64,000 nt of DNA from Balanoglossus misakiensis (GCA_040954595.2 CM082591.2:11921309-11985308), one strand, 5' to 3'; positions 39,496-54,100 are shown, counted from the stretch's first letter. The notes: generated by a model not told the origin, from the sequence alone. Translations and numbers: made by a program.

Positions 39496-40745
39496 GTAAA
39501 AAGGCAGACTTGTACGATAGAAACAACCCAGATTGGGTTCCAACAGTTAATGTAGGGAAGAATACAGATAAGGCAGCTGAGGCTTTAGGCAGATACGATA
39601 GATTACAGACAAGAAAGAGGAAATTGGAGCAGAAAGAATATGAGCTAGAGGAAGCACAGAAACCCCCCAAACCCCAAAGTGACCCGAACAAATGTAGCCG
39701 TGAAACGCAAACTGATCTCACTGGGTATATGTTGGACTGTATGACCAGTGAGCTGCAGGATTTGAGATCAGACAATCTTATATTGAAACAGAAACTGTCA
39801 GAACATGAAAGTCGATTTTCGGAGGCATATTTTGAAGGCGACGATGAGAAAGCGAAGTTTTTGACTGGGATATCTTCTTTTACTGTTTTAATTACATTAT
39901 ACAATTATATTGCACACTACTTGCCCCCTCGCACATCTCTCGACAAATTTCGAATGTTCATTATGACACTAATGAGGTTACGCTTTAATTTACCAATTCA
40001 GTTCTTGTCTTATGAGTTTTCCGTTTCGTTATCTTCAGTTTCTAGAATTGTTAATATTGTAATTGATGTCATGTATGTAAGAATGAAACCGTTTGTCTTT
40101 TGGCCAGATCGATTTAGTTTGCAGAAAACAATGCCCATGAAGTTTTGTAAACATTTTGGTAAAAAATGCATTGTGATAATCGATTGTTTTGAAATATTCA
40201 TAGAAAGGTCATCAAATTTAAAAGCTCGGGCAGAAACATGGTCTTCTTATAAACACCACAACACAATTAAGTTTCTCATTGGAATCACTCCTCAAGGTAC
40301 TGTCTCATTTATATCCAGGGCTTGGGGTGGGCGGGCTAGTGACAAACATATTACAGAAAACAGTGGGATTCTAGATAATTTATTACCAGGGGATTTAATA
40401 CTTGCTGACAGAGGGTTTAATATTGAGGAGAGTGTGGGTTGCTTGTGTGCTCAAATGAAAATTCCTAGTTTTACAAAAGGTAAAAGTCAATTGTCTGCTG
40501 TAGATGTAGAAACAACAAGAAGAATTGCCAATGTTAGAATACATGTTGAAAGGGTTATTGGGATGGCAAGACAAAAGTATAATATTATGGGTGGGACACT
40601 TCCTATTAATTTGTTTCTTTCCAAAGATGATGAGGGCAACACAATGATCGACAAAATTGTTCATGTCTGCTGTTCACTGATAAACCTGGTTGTGGTTGCA
40701 TGTATTTATAGAAAAATGTATACTAGGTATGTGCAGAAAAATTAA
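39496..40745 (+). CDS. ISL2EU/PIF-Harbinger-superfamily DDE transposase, exon 2 (THAP tail, coiled coil, HTH, DDE_Tnp_4-type domain); open in this copy
   Basis: cccttag| acceptor; NPDWVPT THAP terminus; [46 protein letters not shown] and RIHVERVIG motifs with the D-D-E residues intact. Confidence 0.93.
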
Positions 40746-41535
40746 ACTGAGCTGTAATATTAATGTATATACACATAAGAGTCATCAGAAACCAATGATA
40801 AGGTAATCTAATAAATAATTTCTTCACAAACAATAAGCATAGTGACATTTGTAAATCATGGCTGACTAAAACATATTCTAAAAAATAACAAAGTCAGTCT
40901 GTAGTTGAATTAAATGAACAGGTGTCCATTTCATTGTAATTGCTTGTTTGAAGATAAATTCATTCACAGAATATTCTCTCTGATGTCAATAAATACAGAT
41001 TTTAGAAATATTGATCAATAAATAAGTTAAGTATTATAAATAGTGTAGTGACAATTTTATATATCATTATATGATTAATAAATTATTGACAAATGATTAA
41101 TTGAAATTGTTAATCTATATTCCCCTTTTTATGCACACAGTATTTCATACTTTTGATTGGCTAAGACTGAATCATATGGTATAGGGAAAAAAACAAATTA
41201 CATGGTTGACAGAGTCTACATATTGCTCATTGTGAGGGAATATATAGACAGTAAACACACACTAATTGCAACAGCACAATATCAGTTTTCCAAAATTCTA
41301 TGAGTACGAAGTACTAGTACAGTTCTCATGAGACAATGTTATGACCCTGGACAAGACACTACATGGCCATAATAAAATAACACATGATGCACGATTTGTA
41401 GCCTGCCCCATGCAGAAGTTATTTTCACTCATGATGTGGAGTATTCTGTTGTACTTTCATTTGCTGTGCACATGAAAGTACTGCTACAGAATACACCACA
41501 TTACAAAAATAAACAAATCTGCAGTGACAAGATTC

Positions 41536-41639
41536 TATGTTGGTTTGCGTGTTGATGTCCTTGTGAAAAATTTACCCACAAATTCTGGCAAGATGGCACT
41601 AACAAAGAAGTACTTTGTACGTTCACAAATCATTCCAGG
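41536..41639 (-). pseudogene. Remnant of the YqaJ/lambda-exonuclease-like second ORF of ISL2EU (copies 50831-50934, 63840-63943)
   Basis: ICERTKYFFVSAILPEFVGKFFTR resembles the FF...ILPEL.GK..TR C-terminal motif of ISL2EU YqaJ proteins; convergent with the transposase. Confidence 0.55.
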
Positions 41640-41809
41640 TCTTAATGGTCAAGATTAGTTAAAAATATAACCCAAAATTTAAGCCTCCAGGGGAAATTTG
41701 GGCTCACAGAGGTTATTACTGAACATTTTGTAGAATTTCTCAAAATAAAAATCATCATCTGACGGAATGTTTACATATCACAGAAATACCCTGAAATATA
41801 CACTGAGTA

Positions 41810-44800
41810 TAGTCCATGGGCCAGAGACCGAAACCCTCCCCCCCCTGAGGATTTTTGCAGACATATATTTTTGGAAAGCCTATTTATCCAGCTGTCAGAA
41901 TCAGGTTGTTTGCACTCATATTAATGGTGGGTGTGGCCGTGAGGAGCGGTTGTCATGGTAACGATAGCATAATTTTAGGGGTACTCATACAGTTAAAAAA
42001 TGATATATTTCAGGATCTGAGAAAGCTAGAGAAAAAATTTAAACATTGGGTCTTATAAAGTAGGGGACGGGCTATCCAATGATTACATGACCGACAAGGT
42101 CAGAGGTCAAGTTCATCTTCAAAACGCGGGGTCAAAGTAAAAATTTCGCTATTTTTTGCACATCGATCATACATAGTTTCGATTTACTGGAAAACGGTTT
42201 GCTCGAGGAGGCTGTAAATTGGTCATCAGGTAGCATGGAACATTAGGTTTATGAAAAATAAGCTGATTCACGTCTTTGACATTAAGTTATATTAAAATTC
42301 TGTTACCATAACGACGGATAGCAGATTTTGCGAAAATCACAAAAATAAGAATCCTGCTATATCTTTGCTACCAATTAAGCTTTAGATAAAATTTAAACAC
42401 TCAAACTTATAATGTCGGGTGCGATCTTTTCATTGCTAACTTGAACTTTGGGGTTCAAGGTCAAGGTCATCCTCAAATTTAAGGTCAAAGTGACAAAACG
42501 GACATTATGGATTTTTGTTCAAAATGACATTTTACGGCGAGCGTTTACTAAACACTGTTTGGGTCTAGAATGTTATAATTTCATCTCCAGATAGAGAAGT
42601 GTATTATTTACGAAGATTTTAATTTGTTTTGCTGTTTACATATACTTAATATGCAAAACCAGCTGTTATAATGACAACTAAATGAATGGTAGGAATAGCA
42701 AGAGTACCCATACAGTTCAAATGAGATATTTCAGGTTCTTAGAATGCTAGAGATAAAATTCAAACATTCAGTCTTATAAAGTAGGGTACGGGCTATCCAA
42801 TGATTACATGACCGACAAGGTCAGAGGTCAAGTTCATCTTCAAAACGCGGGGTCAAAGTAAAAATTTCGCTTTTTGGCATATCGATCATACACAGTTTTG
42901 ATTTACTGGAAAACGGTTTGCTCGAGGAGGCTGTAAATTGGTCATCAGGTAGCAAGGAATATTAGCTTTAAGAAAAATAGGCCTATTTTCGTCTTTGGTT
43001 GTAATTTATATTAAAATTCTGTAACCATAACGACGGATAGAAGATTTTGCGAAATTCCCCAAAATAAGAAACTTGCTATATCTTTGCTACCAATTAAGCT
43101 TTAGATAAAATTTAAACACTCAAACTTGTATTGTCGGATGCGAGCTTTTCATTGCTAAATTGAACTTTGGGGTTCAAGGTCAAGGTCATCCTCAAATTTC
43201 GGTTCAAAATGACATTTTACGGCGAGCGTTTACTACACTGTTGGGATCTAGAATGCTATAATTTTGTATATTTTGATATTTTAAATTTTAAGTTCAGGGT
43301 CACCTGCAAAAGATGGGGTCAAAATTCAATATCCCAACTCTAATTAGTGTTGCAGATCTCCCCAGAAAAAACGAACCCTCTGACTTGGCCATACAACATT
43401 TTGTGTCATACACCATTTTAAAGTTAAGTTCTGAGAGTTTGAAAATGCTTGATGACATTTTCAATTCCCATGGCGAGCTGATGATTTCAAGATTTAGTAA
43501 AATTGGTATATTTCTTGAAATATGCGAACGTGCATTTGCAATTGCTATAAAGGGACATACATTATCAGCATGCTTTTACTGTAAAAATACTATATTCAAC
43601 TTATATTGTGGCCATTCTATGGTATTTCAGTTTAAATATGTACAAAGTTTTATCATATTTAGCACATTCTTATCAAGATGATTTCTGTTGATATGACAAG
43701 TTGACGTAAGGAGTCATCTTGCCCCTCTATTAGACGCTGCAATTGCGTGTAGAACTAAGAACAATCCGCGTATCTGCTTCTTCACTGTATCTTTTGCGAT
43801 AACAAAAGTGGTGAAGTTTGGTCCTCCACTTACAATTCATTTTTGACCAATGTTGAGATCTACTTTTTTCATAATGTGTAGCATTTTGCAAAATTTGCTT
43901 TGTTTTCAGACTAGTGGTAAGCAAGAATGCCGTCCATTTTGTCGGAGCAATTAGATCAAGTATGATATGATGTGCTGGTGCAACCCTCACATCACGTGTT
44001 TGGCCTTTGATCCTTTGATCCGTTTGGCATCATAATTATCAATGATCATGTGTATTTGCGAATTATCAACAGGACCTAAAATTCGGCCTCTATTCTACAT
44101 TATGTATTCCATAAATCATATTGCTATATCGATAAAAGTGATTCTGTCTACAAGATTAGGACCAGACAGAGACTGAATGGTCATCATAAACTATGGCATC
44201 GGCAGCCTCAATGCTAGTCTATCTGTCTCCCGGAAATGAATTTTAAGTCCATCATCTGAAAACAAACAGAGAGGAACGTTGGAATTTTCAATGACTCCAA
44301 TGAGTGGCATCTTCTAACTTGTATTAACAGCAGGTAATCAAAGATAAACCGTCTTCTTCATTTTTGTCATGTTTTTACATTGCCGCAAGTCATACTATGA
44401 TAGAAGCGCTTACACGGTTTGTCAGGTTCTTCTTGTATAATTATTTGCTCAGAAAAAAACCCCAGCCATATCTTTTGATATAGTAATGTTGATAATTGCT
44501 TAAATGAGGGTCGGAAAGATCAAATGGGTCGACAAATGCTCCACCTTATAATTCTTAAAGCTTTGCCACATCAGTATTCCATCTCTTAATGACTGCTTTT
44601 CCATATTGGATCTTATTTTGTTTACCAATACTCATTACTGCATATTTATTTGTGAAATGTATCAGAGAACTTTGCAGTAATCGGTCCACCCAAAACCACT
44701 TTTCAAGTGCTAAACCTCTCATCTTTAATCCTATAACACCACCAGCACCCTTTAGTGAATCGTCAGATAAGTTTGCCATGAATCCTCCTCATTTAATGAC

Positions 44801-47071
44801 TCTTGTACACTTTTGGGTATTCCATGCATCACCAGAATAAGTACTGACATGTATCTTGCATAGTCCGTTTCGATTGGCACAAAACAACAGAGGAAATAAT
44901 AGCTGATTCTTAGCAGTTTGGCAAATATCTCAATCACCATTTCTTAATGCACTTACATTTCCACCGGTGGGTAGAGTTGTAATGGCAGCAATACTCTACA
45001 CAAAGTCATACCAAAAGTTAAAAGTTACTCCTCTCTTGTCTAAACTCAGCCATAAGCGGGAAATGATGTTCAATGATGTGTTCCACAAAAGTGTGAACTA
45101 TTTCCAAAAGTTCATTAGCAGGCTGGGAAGTCAAAAGATCACAATCCATCTCAGGCATTGACTGTGTTCCCTACCTTTACACCATCATGACCATGATAAA
45201 AAGTTGCACAACCTAGCGCTGGACGTTTCATCAGCAAGATGGAGGCCATGCAATGACAAACAACCGGAAAACATTTCCACATGAGCAAACGTTTTTTTTA
45301 AAAAACGTAGCATTCATTTTGTATGATTATGAATGATTGTGATTTAAAAACATTGCTTTTGAGTATATAATGTGTCTTAAGTGCTTTATGCACAATTTCC
45401 AAAAAATCTCTGTGCCTAAAACACAGATATTCGATCGGTTTGTCTGGACTATTGCTACAGTGGCATCATGGGATAACGCATAAATCAGCATGACTCGCAC
45501 TCCCACGGTCGCGTTTTTTTATATAATAATATCCAGAAATCAAAGTGGCATCTTATTTGAATATTAATATCAAAATATACAAAATTATAGCATTCTAGAT
45601 CCCAACAGTGTAGTAAACGCTCGCCGTAAAATGTCATTTTGAACAAAGTCCATAATGCCCATTTTGTCACTTTGACCCGAAATTTGAGGATGACCTTGAC
45701 CTTGAACCCCAAAGTTCAATTTAGCAATCAAAAGCTCGCATCCGACAATATAAGTTTGAGTGTTTAAATTTTATCTAAAGCTTAATTGGTAGAAAAGATA
45801 TAGCAAGTTTCTTATTTTGGGGAATTTCGCAAAATCTTCTATCCGTCGTTATGGTTACAGAATTTTAATATAAATTACAACCAAAGACGAAAATAGGCCT
45901 ATTTTTCTTAAAGCTAATATTCCTTGCTACCTGATGACCAATTTACAGCCTCCTCGAGCAAACCGTTTTCCAGTAAATCAAAACTATGTATGACCGATAT
46001 GCAAAAAATAGCGAAATTTTCACTTTGACCCCAAGTTTTGAAGATGAACTTGACCTCTGACCTTGTCGGTCGTGTAATAATTGGATAGCCCGTACCCTAC
46101 TTTATAATACTGAATGTTTAAATTTTTTCTCTAGCTTTCTCAGAACCTGAAATATCTCATTTTAACTGTATGAGTACTCTTGCTATTCCTACCATTCATT
46201 TTGTTGTCATTAAAACAGCAGGTTTTGCATATTAAGTATATGTAAACAGCAAAACAAATTAAAATCTTTGTAAACAATACACATCTCTATCTGGAGATCA
46301 AATTATAGCATTCTAGACCCAAACAGTGTTTAGTAAACGCTCGCCGTAAAATGTCATTTTGAACAAAAATCCATAATGTCCATTTTGTCACTTTGACCTT
46401 AAATTTGAGGATGACCTTGACCTTGAACCCCAAAGTTCAAGTTAGCAATGAAAAGATCGCACCCGACATTATAAGTTTGAGTGTTTAAATTTTATCTAAA
46501 GCTTAATTGGTAGCAAAGATATAGCAGGATTCTTATTTTTGTGATTTTCGCAAAATCTGCTATCCGTCGTTATGGTAACAGAATTTTAATATAACTTAAT
46601 ATCAAAGACGTGAATCAGCTTATTTTTCATAAACCTAATGTTCCATGCTACCTGATGACCAATTTACAGCCTCCTCGAGCAAACCGTTTTCCAGTAAATC
46701 GAAACTATGTATGATCGATGTGCAAAAAATAGCGAAATTTTTACTTTGACCCCGCGTTTTGAAGATGAACTTGACCTCTGACCTTGTCGGTCATGTAATC
46801 ATTGGATAGCCCGTCCCCTACTTTATAAGACCCAATGTTTAAATTTTTTCTCTAGCTTTCTCAGATCCTGAAATATATCATTTTTTAACTGTATGAGTAC
46901 CCCTAAAATTATGCTATCGTTACCATGACAACCGCTCCTCACGGCCACACCCACCATTAATATGAGTGCAAACAACCTGATTCTGACAGCTGGATAAATA
47001 GGCTTTCCAAAAATATATGTCTGCAAAAATCCTCAGGGGGGGGAGGGTTTCGGTCTCTGGCCCATGGACTA
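41810..47071. mobile_element. Academ DNA transposon, 5,262 bp, non-autonomous; TIRs ~41810-43280 and ~45566-47071
   Basis: TAG...CTA termini (tagtccatgggccagagacc / ggtctctggcccatggacta); 3-bp TSD gta (41807-09, 47072-74); ~1.5-kb TIRs built from 721-bp subrepeats. Confidence 0.9.
43700..45250 (-). pseudogene. Degenerate Academ-type transposase fragment
   Basis: Fragments TDYARYMSVLILVMHGIPKSVQESL, LKGAGGVIGLKMRGLALEKWF, VPLCLFSDDG and QIHMIIDNYD lie in shifting frames with stops. Confidence 0.65.
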
Positions 47072-47978
47072 GTACACAATGTGCATTTCATTATGGTAAT
47101 TATGTATGTTACTACTTTCAAAACATTACATCATGTTTATTCTTTTTTCCCCACAGAACTGATGGTTTTGTAAACAACTGAGATAATGCTCGAGAAATAA
47201 ACAGCTATTAAAACGATTCAAACCCTGAACCATGGTGTCGACCCACCTACTATTATTACACACCGATTGAAAATTTTCAACGAAGGTCTAACCACTTACA
47301 AGTTACATTAACAGCGAAGCGGTCATCTCATTTGTAACCGTTATTGAAGTTTATATATTTGTTTCACAATGTTATTATTAAACAGGGGTAATTTTATCAC
47401 TGAAAAAACAGTTTTGTTATACGGTTATTTTGATCCGGAAAACAGAGATTTGAGCACACGACGGATTTCTACTGCGTTCACTCCAACACCGCAGGAGTGT
47501 GTTGTTGTCGAAGACGCGGACAAAACAGAAAAATTATCGGAGCCAGGCCCCTTCGAACCCTATATTTCACGCTGTCGGAAGGTTGGACGGCTACGGCTAT
47601 CTCAGCTCTGCTCGGCACGCTGTTGTTGGGTGCCCTAAACATATGCCCTACCCCTAGCGCTCGGCATGTAAACAATCACAACATGACTGTAAACATCATG
47701 CAAAAATACAATCTTACTGTCATTTTCCTGTGGATTCAGTCTCCTCCTTGCACTTGTGTGGAGTTTAGGCAACCTATATTGAAACCACGGGCGCTTCTTG
47801 ACCGGATTCGGTGAAAGTTTGAGGCAATTTCTGGCTGTACGCGTGACAGGCTCACAGTATCAACAAACAGTACATGTGTGGTGACAGGTCAAAGGTCAAC
47901 ATTAGGGATTCCCCGACCTTTATCGCATCTAGTGCGCCCCTAGTGGTAGGACATAACGATTCTCTTTTTCTCTCGCAG

Positions 47979-50040
47979 TTATATAGATTGCCTGCCGTGA
48001 TATCAAATCAAGGACCAGAATGTGAAAAGAGAGACGGCGCGAATGGTTAGCCAGGATCGGCCAAAACTTTGATCATAAGAACCTAGACAACGTCCGGGTT
48101 TGTTCGAGTCATTTTTTTAGTGGTAAGTTTTACTGGAAACTTTTGAAACCTTGTTATATCACACACCGAATAAATGTTTCACAACTTGGCATCAACAATA
48201 TTTACGGATTTGCATTTGGCCGCGACAAAAACACGCGAATCTGCAGATAACACAACTGAACTTAAACTGGCAGCGAGCTGTCGTCGTCGGCCGGCGGCGG
48301 TATCGATAAACCGTACCGGTGATGCTTAGAGTCAGATATACTTGTTGGTCACGGACATGCATTTCTGTCGACTGAAAAAAACTTTACTTTATGAATTTTT
48401 ACGGCTGTTTGAGGAGTCGCACTCATTTGGTAAAGGTCTCACAGCACTCTTTCTATAAAAAATTCTGTAAGTGTTTTGTTTACATTCGCGGGGTCAAACC
48501 AGGTCAGTTTCAATGCTGGGTTCGACAACGCGTAGGAACAATGCAAATTTACGCTGAAAATGATTACACTAAATTTAGGCCCCTGCCTGGAAGTGTGATA
48601 CCTCGTTTTGTATTTTTTTTTTTTAAAATGTGTTGCCATACCCATTATCCAGAAATATCAGGAAATGGAATCAAATGCGCCCCTAGCATTAGCGGGTCAA
48701 AGGTCATGCCATGTGAAAGGAGAACAAGTGTTCAAGATTTCTCTCTCTCTCTCTCCCCATATCCATCTCTCTCAACCCCCTGTCCCTTAGGTAAAAAGGC
48801 AGACTTGTACGATAGAAACAACCCAGATTGGGTTCCAACAGTTAATGTAGGGAAGAATACAGATTAGGCAGCTGAGGCTTTAGGCAGATACGATAGATTA
48901 CAGACAAGAAAGAGGAAATTGGAGCAGAAAGAATATGAGCTAGAGGAAGCACAGAAACCCCCCAAACCCCAAAGTGACCCGAACAAATGTAGCCGTGAAA
49001 CGCAAACTGATCTCACTGGGTATATGTTGGACTGTATGACCAGTGAGCTGCAGGATTTGAGATCAGACAATCTTATATTGAAACAGAAACTGTCAGAACA
49101 TGAAAGTCGATTTTCGGAGGCATATTTTGAAGGCGACGATGAGAAAGCGAAGTTTTTGACTGGGATATCTTCTTTTACTGTTTTAATTACATTATACAAT
49201 TATATTGCACACTACTTGCCCCCTCGCACATCTCTCGACAAATTTCGAATGTTCATTATGACACTAATGAGGTTACGCTTTAATTTACCAATTCAGTTCT
49301 TGTCTTATGAGTTTTCCGTTTCGTTATCTTCAGTTTCTAGAATTGTTAATATTGTAATTGATGTCATGTATGTAAGAATGAAACCGTTTGTCTTTTGGCC
49401 AGATCGATTTAGTTTGCAGAAAACAATGCCCATGAAGTTTCGTAAACATTTTGGTAAAAAATGCATTGTGATAATCGATTGTTTTGAAATATTCATAGAA
49501 AGGTCATCAAATTTAAAAGCTCGGGCAGAAACATGGTCTTCTTATAAACACCACAACACAATTAAGTTTCTCATTGGAATCACTCCTCAAGGTACTGTCT
49601 CATTTATATCCAGGGCTTGGGGTGGGCGGGCTAGTGACAAACATATTACAGAAAACAGTGGGATTCTAGATAATTTATTACCAGGGGATTTAATACTTGC
49701 TGACAGAGGGTTTAATATTGAGGAGAGTGTGGGTTGCTTGTGTGCTCAAATGAAAATTCCTAGTTTTACAAAAGGTAAAAGTCAATTGTCTGCTGTAGAT
49801 GTAGAAACAACAAGAAGAATTGCCAATGTTAGAATACATGTTGAAAGGGTTATTGGGATGGCAAGACAAAAGTATAATATTATGGGTGGGACACTTCCTA
49901 TTAATTTGTTTCTTTCCAAAGATGATGAGGGCAACACAATGATCGACAAAATTGTTCATGTCTGCTGTTCACTGATAAACCTGGTTGTGGTTGCATGTAT
50001 TTATAGAAAAATGTATACTAGGTATGTGCAGAAAAATTAA
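47979..50040 (+). pseudogene. ISL2EU-type transposase copy 2 (5'-truncated THAP exon; AAG>TAG at 48865-48867; DDE region open 48919-50040)
   Basis: Near-identical to 38681-40745; lacks the ATG; premature stop. Confidence 0.92.
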
Positions 50041-51104
50041 ACTGAGCTGTAATATTAATGTATATACACATAAGAGTCATCAGAAACCAATGATAAGGTA
50101 ATCTAATAAATAATTTCTTCACAAACAATAAGCATAGTGACATTTGTAAATCATGGCTGACTAAAACATATTCTAAAAAATAACAAAGTCAGTCTGTAGT
50201 TGAATTAAATGAACAGGTGTCCATTTCATTGTAATTGCTTGTTTGAAGATAAATTCATTCACAGAATATTCTCTCTGATGTCAATAAATACAGATTTTAG
50301 AAATATTGATCAATAAATAAGTTAAGTATTATAAATAGTGTAGTGACAATTTTATATATCATTATATGATTAATAAATTATTGACAAATGATTAATTGAA
50401 ATTGTTAATCTATATTCCCCTTTTTATGCACACAGTATTTCATACTTTTGATTGGCTAAGACTGAATCATATGGTATAGGGAAAAAAACAAATTACATGG
50501 TTGACAGAGTCTACATATTGCTCATTGTGAGGGAATATATAGACAGTAAACACACACTAATTGCAACAGCACAATATCAGTTTTCCAAAATTCTATGAGT
50601 ACGAAGTACTAGTACAGTTCTCATGAGACAATGTTATGACCCTGGACAAGACACTACATGGCCATAATAAAATAACACATGATGCACGATTTGTAGCCTG
50701 CCCCATGCAGAAGTTATTTTCACTCATGATGTGGAGTATTCTGTTGTACTTTCATTTGCTGTGCACATGAAAGTACTGCTACAGAATACACCACATTACA
50801 AAAATAAACAAATCTGCAGTGACAAGATTCTATGTTGGTTTGCGTGTTGATGTCCTTGTGAAAAATTTACCCACAAATTCTGGCAAGATGGCACTAACAA
50901 AGAAGTACTTTGTACGTTCACAAATCATTCCAGGTCTTAATGGTCAAGATTAGTTAAAAATATAACCCAAAATTTAAGCCTCCAGGGGAAATTTGGGCTC
51001 ACAGAGGTTATTACTGAACATTTTGTAGAATTTCTCAAAATAAAAATCATCATCTGACGGAATGTTTACATATCACAGAAATACCCTGAAATATACACTG
51101 AGTA

Positions 51105-54100
51105 TAGTCCATGGGCCAGAGACCGAAACCCTCCCCCCCCTGAGGATTTTTGCAGACATATATTTTTGGAAAGCCTATTTATCCAGCTGTCAGAATCAGG
51201 TTGTTTGCACTCATATTAATGGTGGGTGTGGCCGTGAGGAGCGGTTGTCATGGTAACGATAGCATAATTTTAGGGGTACTCATACAGTTAAAAAATGATA
51301 TATTTCAGGATCTGAGAAAGCTAGAGAAAAAATTTAAACATTGGGTCTTATAAAGTAGGGGACGGGCTATCCAATGATTACATGACCGACAAGGTCAGAG
51401 GTCAAGTTCATCTTCAAAACGCGGGGTCAAAGTAAAAATTTCGCTATTTTTTGCACATCGATCATACATAGTTTCGATTTACTGGAAAACGGTTTGCTCG
51501 AGGAGGCTGTAAATTGGTCATCAGGTAGCATGGAACATTAGGTTTATGAAAAATAAGCTGATTCACGTCTTTGACATTAAGTTATATTAAAATTCTGTTA
51601 CCATAACGACGGATAGCAGATTTTGCGAAAATCACAAAAATAAGAATCCTGCTATATCTTTGCTACCAATTAAGCTTTAGATAAAATTTAAACACTCAAA
51701 CTTATAATGTCGGGTGCGATCTTTTCATTGCTAACTTGAACTTTGGGGTTCAAGGTCAAGGTCATCCTCAAATTTAAGGTCAAAGTGACAAAACGGACAT
51801 TATGGATTTTTGTTCAAAATGACATTTTACGGCGAGCGTTTACTAAACACTGTTTGGGTCTAGAATGTTATAATTTCATCTCCAGATAGAGAAGTGTATT
51901 ATTTACGAAGATTTTAATTTGTTTTGCTGTTTACATATACTTAATATGCAAAACCAGCTGTTATAATGACAACTAAATGAATGGTAGGAATAGCAAGAGT
52001 ACCCATACAGTTCAAATGAGATATTTCAGGTTCTTAGAATGCTAGAGATAAAATTCAAACATTCAGTCTTATAAAGTAGGGTACGGGCTATCCAATGATT
52101 ACATGACCGACAAGGTCAGAGGTCAAGTTCATCTTCAAAACGCGGGGTCAAAGTAAAAATTTCGCTTTTTGGCATATCGATCATACACAGTTTTGATTTA
52201 CTGGAAAACAGTTTGCTCGAGGAGGCTGTAAATTGGTCATCAGGTAGCAAGGAATATTAGCTTTAAGAAAAATAGGCCTATTTTCGTCTTTGGTTGTAAT
52301 TTATATTAAAATTCTGTAACCATAACGACGGATAGAAGATTTTGCGAAATTCCCCAAAATAAGAAACTTGCTATATCTTTGCTACCAATTAAGCTTTAGA
52401 TAAAATTTAAACACTCAAACTTGTATTGTCGGATGCGAGCTTTTGATTGCTAAATTGAACTTTGGGGTTCAAGGTCAAGGTCATCCTCAAATTTCGGTTC
52501 AAAATGACATTTTACGGCGAGCGTTTACTACACTGTTGGGATCTAGAATGCTATAATTTTGTATATTTTGATATTTTAAATTTTAAGTTCAGGGTCACCT
52601 GCAAAAGATGGGGTCAAAATTCAATATCCCAACTCTAATTAGTGTTGCAGATCTCCCCAGAAAAAACGAACCCTCTGACTTGGCCATACAACATTTTGTG
52701 TCATACACCATTTTAAAGTTAAGTTCTGAGAGTTTGAAAATGCTTGATGACATTTTCAATTCCCATGGCGAGCTGATGATTTCAAGATTTAGTAAAATTG
52801 GTATATTTCTTGAAATATGCGAACGTGCATTTGCAATTGCTATAAAGGGACATACATTATCAGCATGCTTTTACTGTAAAAATACTATATTCAACTTATA
52901 TTGTGGCCATTCTATGGTATTTCAGTTTAAATATGTACAAAGTTTTATCATATTTAGCACATTCTTATCAAGATGATTTCTGTTGATATGACAAGTTGAC
53001 GTAAGGAGTCATCTTGCCCCTCTATCAGACGCTGCAATTGCGTGTAGAACTAAGAACAATCCACGTATCTGCTTCTTCACTGTATCTTTTGCGATAACAA
53101 AAGTGGTGAAGTTTGGTCCTCCACTTACAATTCATTTTTGACCAATGTTGAGATCTACTTTTTTCATAATGTGTAGCATTTTGCAAAATTTGCTTTGTTT
53201 TCAGACTAGTGGTAAGCAAGAATGCCGTCCATTTTGTCGGAGCAATTAGATCAAGTATGATATGATGTGCTGGTGCAACCCTCACATCACGTGTTTGGCC
53301 TTTGATCCTTTGATCCGTTTGGCATCATAATTATCAATGATCATGTGTATTTGCGAATTATCAACAGGACCTAAAATTCGGCCTCTATTCTACATTATGT
53401 ATTCCATAAATCATATTGCTATATCGATAAAAGTGATTCTGTCTACAAGATTAGGACCAGACAGAGACTGAATGGTCATCATAAACTATGGCATCGGCAG
53501 CCTCAATGCTAGTCTATCTGTCTCCCGGAAATGAATTTTAAGTCCATCATCTGAAAACAAACAGAGAGGAACGTTGGAATTTTCAATGACTCCAATGAGT
53601 GGCATCTTCTAACTTGTATTAACAGCAGGTAATCAAAGATAAACCGTCTTCTTCATTTTTGTCATGTTTTTACATTGCCGCAAGTCATACTATGATAGAA
53701 GCGCTTACACGGTTTGTCAGGTTCTTCTTGTATAATTATTTGCTCAGAAAAAAACCCCAGCCATATCTTTTGATATAGTAATGTTGATAATTGCTTAAAT
53801 GAGGGTCGGAAAGATCAAATGGGTCGACAAATGCTCCACCTTATAATTCTTAAAGCTTTGCCACATCAGTATTCCATCTCTTAATGACTGCTTTTCCATA
53901 TTGGATCTTATTTTGTTTACCAATACTCATTACTGCATATTTATTTGTGAAATGTATCAGAGAACTTTGCAGTAATCGGTCCACCCAAAACCACTTTTCA
54001 AGTGCTAAACCTCTCATCTTTAATCCTATAACACCACCAGCACCCTTTAGTGAATCGTCAGATAAGTTTGCCATGAATCCTCCTCATTTAATGACTCTTG

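Noticed and set aside
43313-43681. 122-aa plus-strand ORF inside the Academ element
   Set aside because: It is antisense to the degenerate transposase and has no recognisable motif.
47369-47814. Overlapping 65-105 aa ORFs in the CpG-richer segment
   Set aside because: No recognisable domain; none resembles the INTS1 N-terminus or YqaJ.
47932-47948. CTCF-like motif gcgcccctagtgg
   Set aside because: One base short of the canonical core spacing; cannot be supported without a PWM scan or ChIP data.
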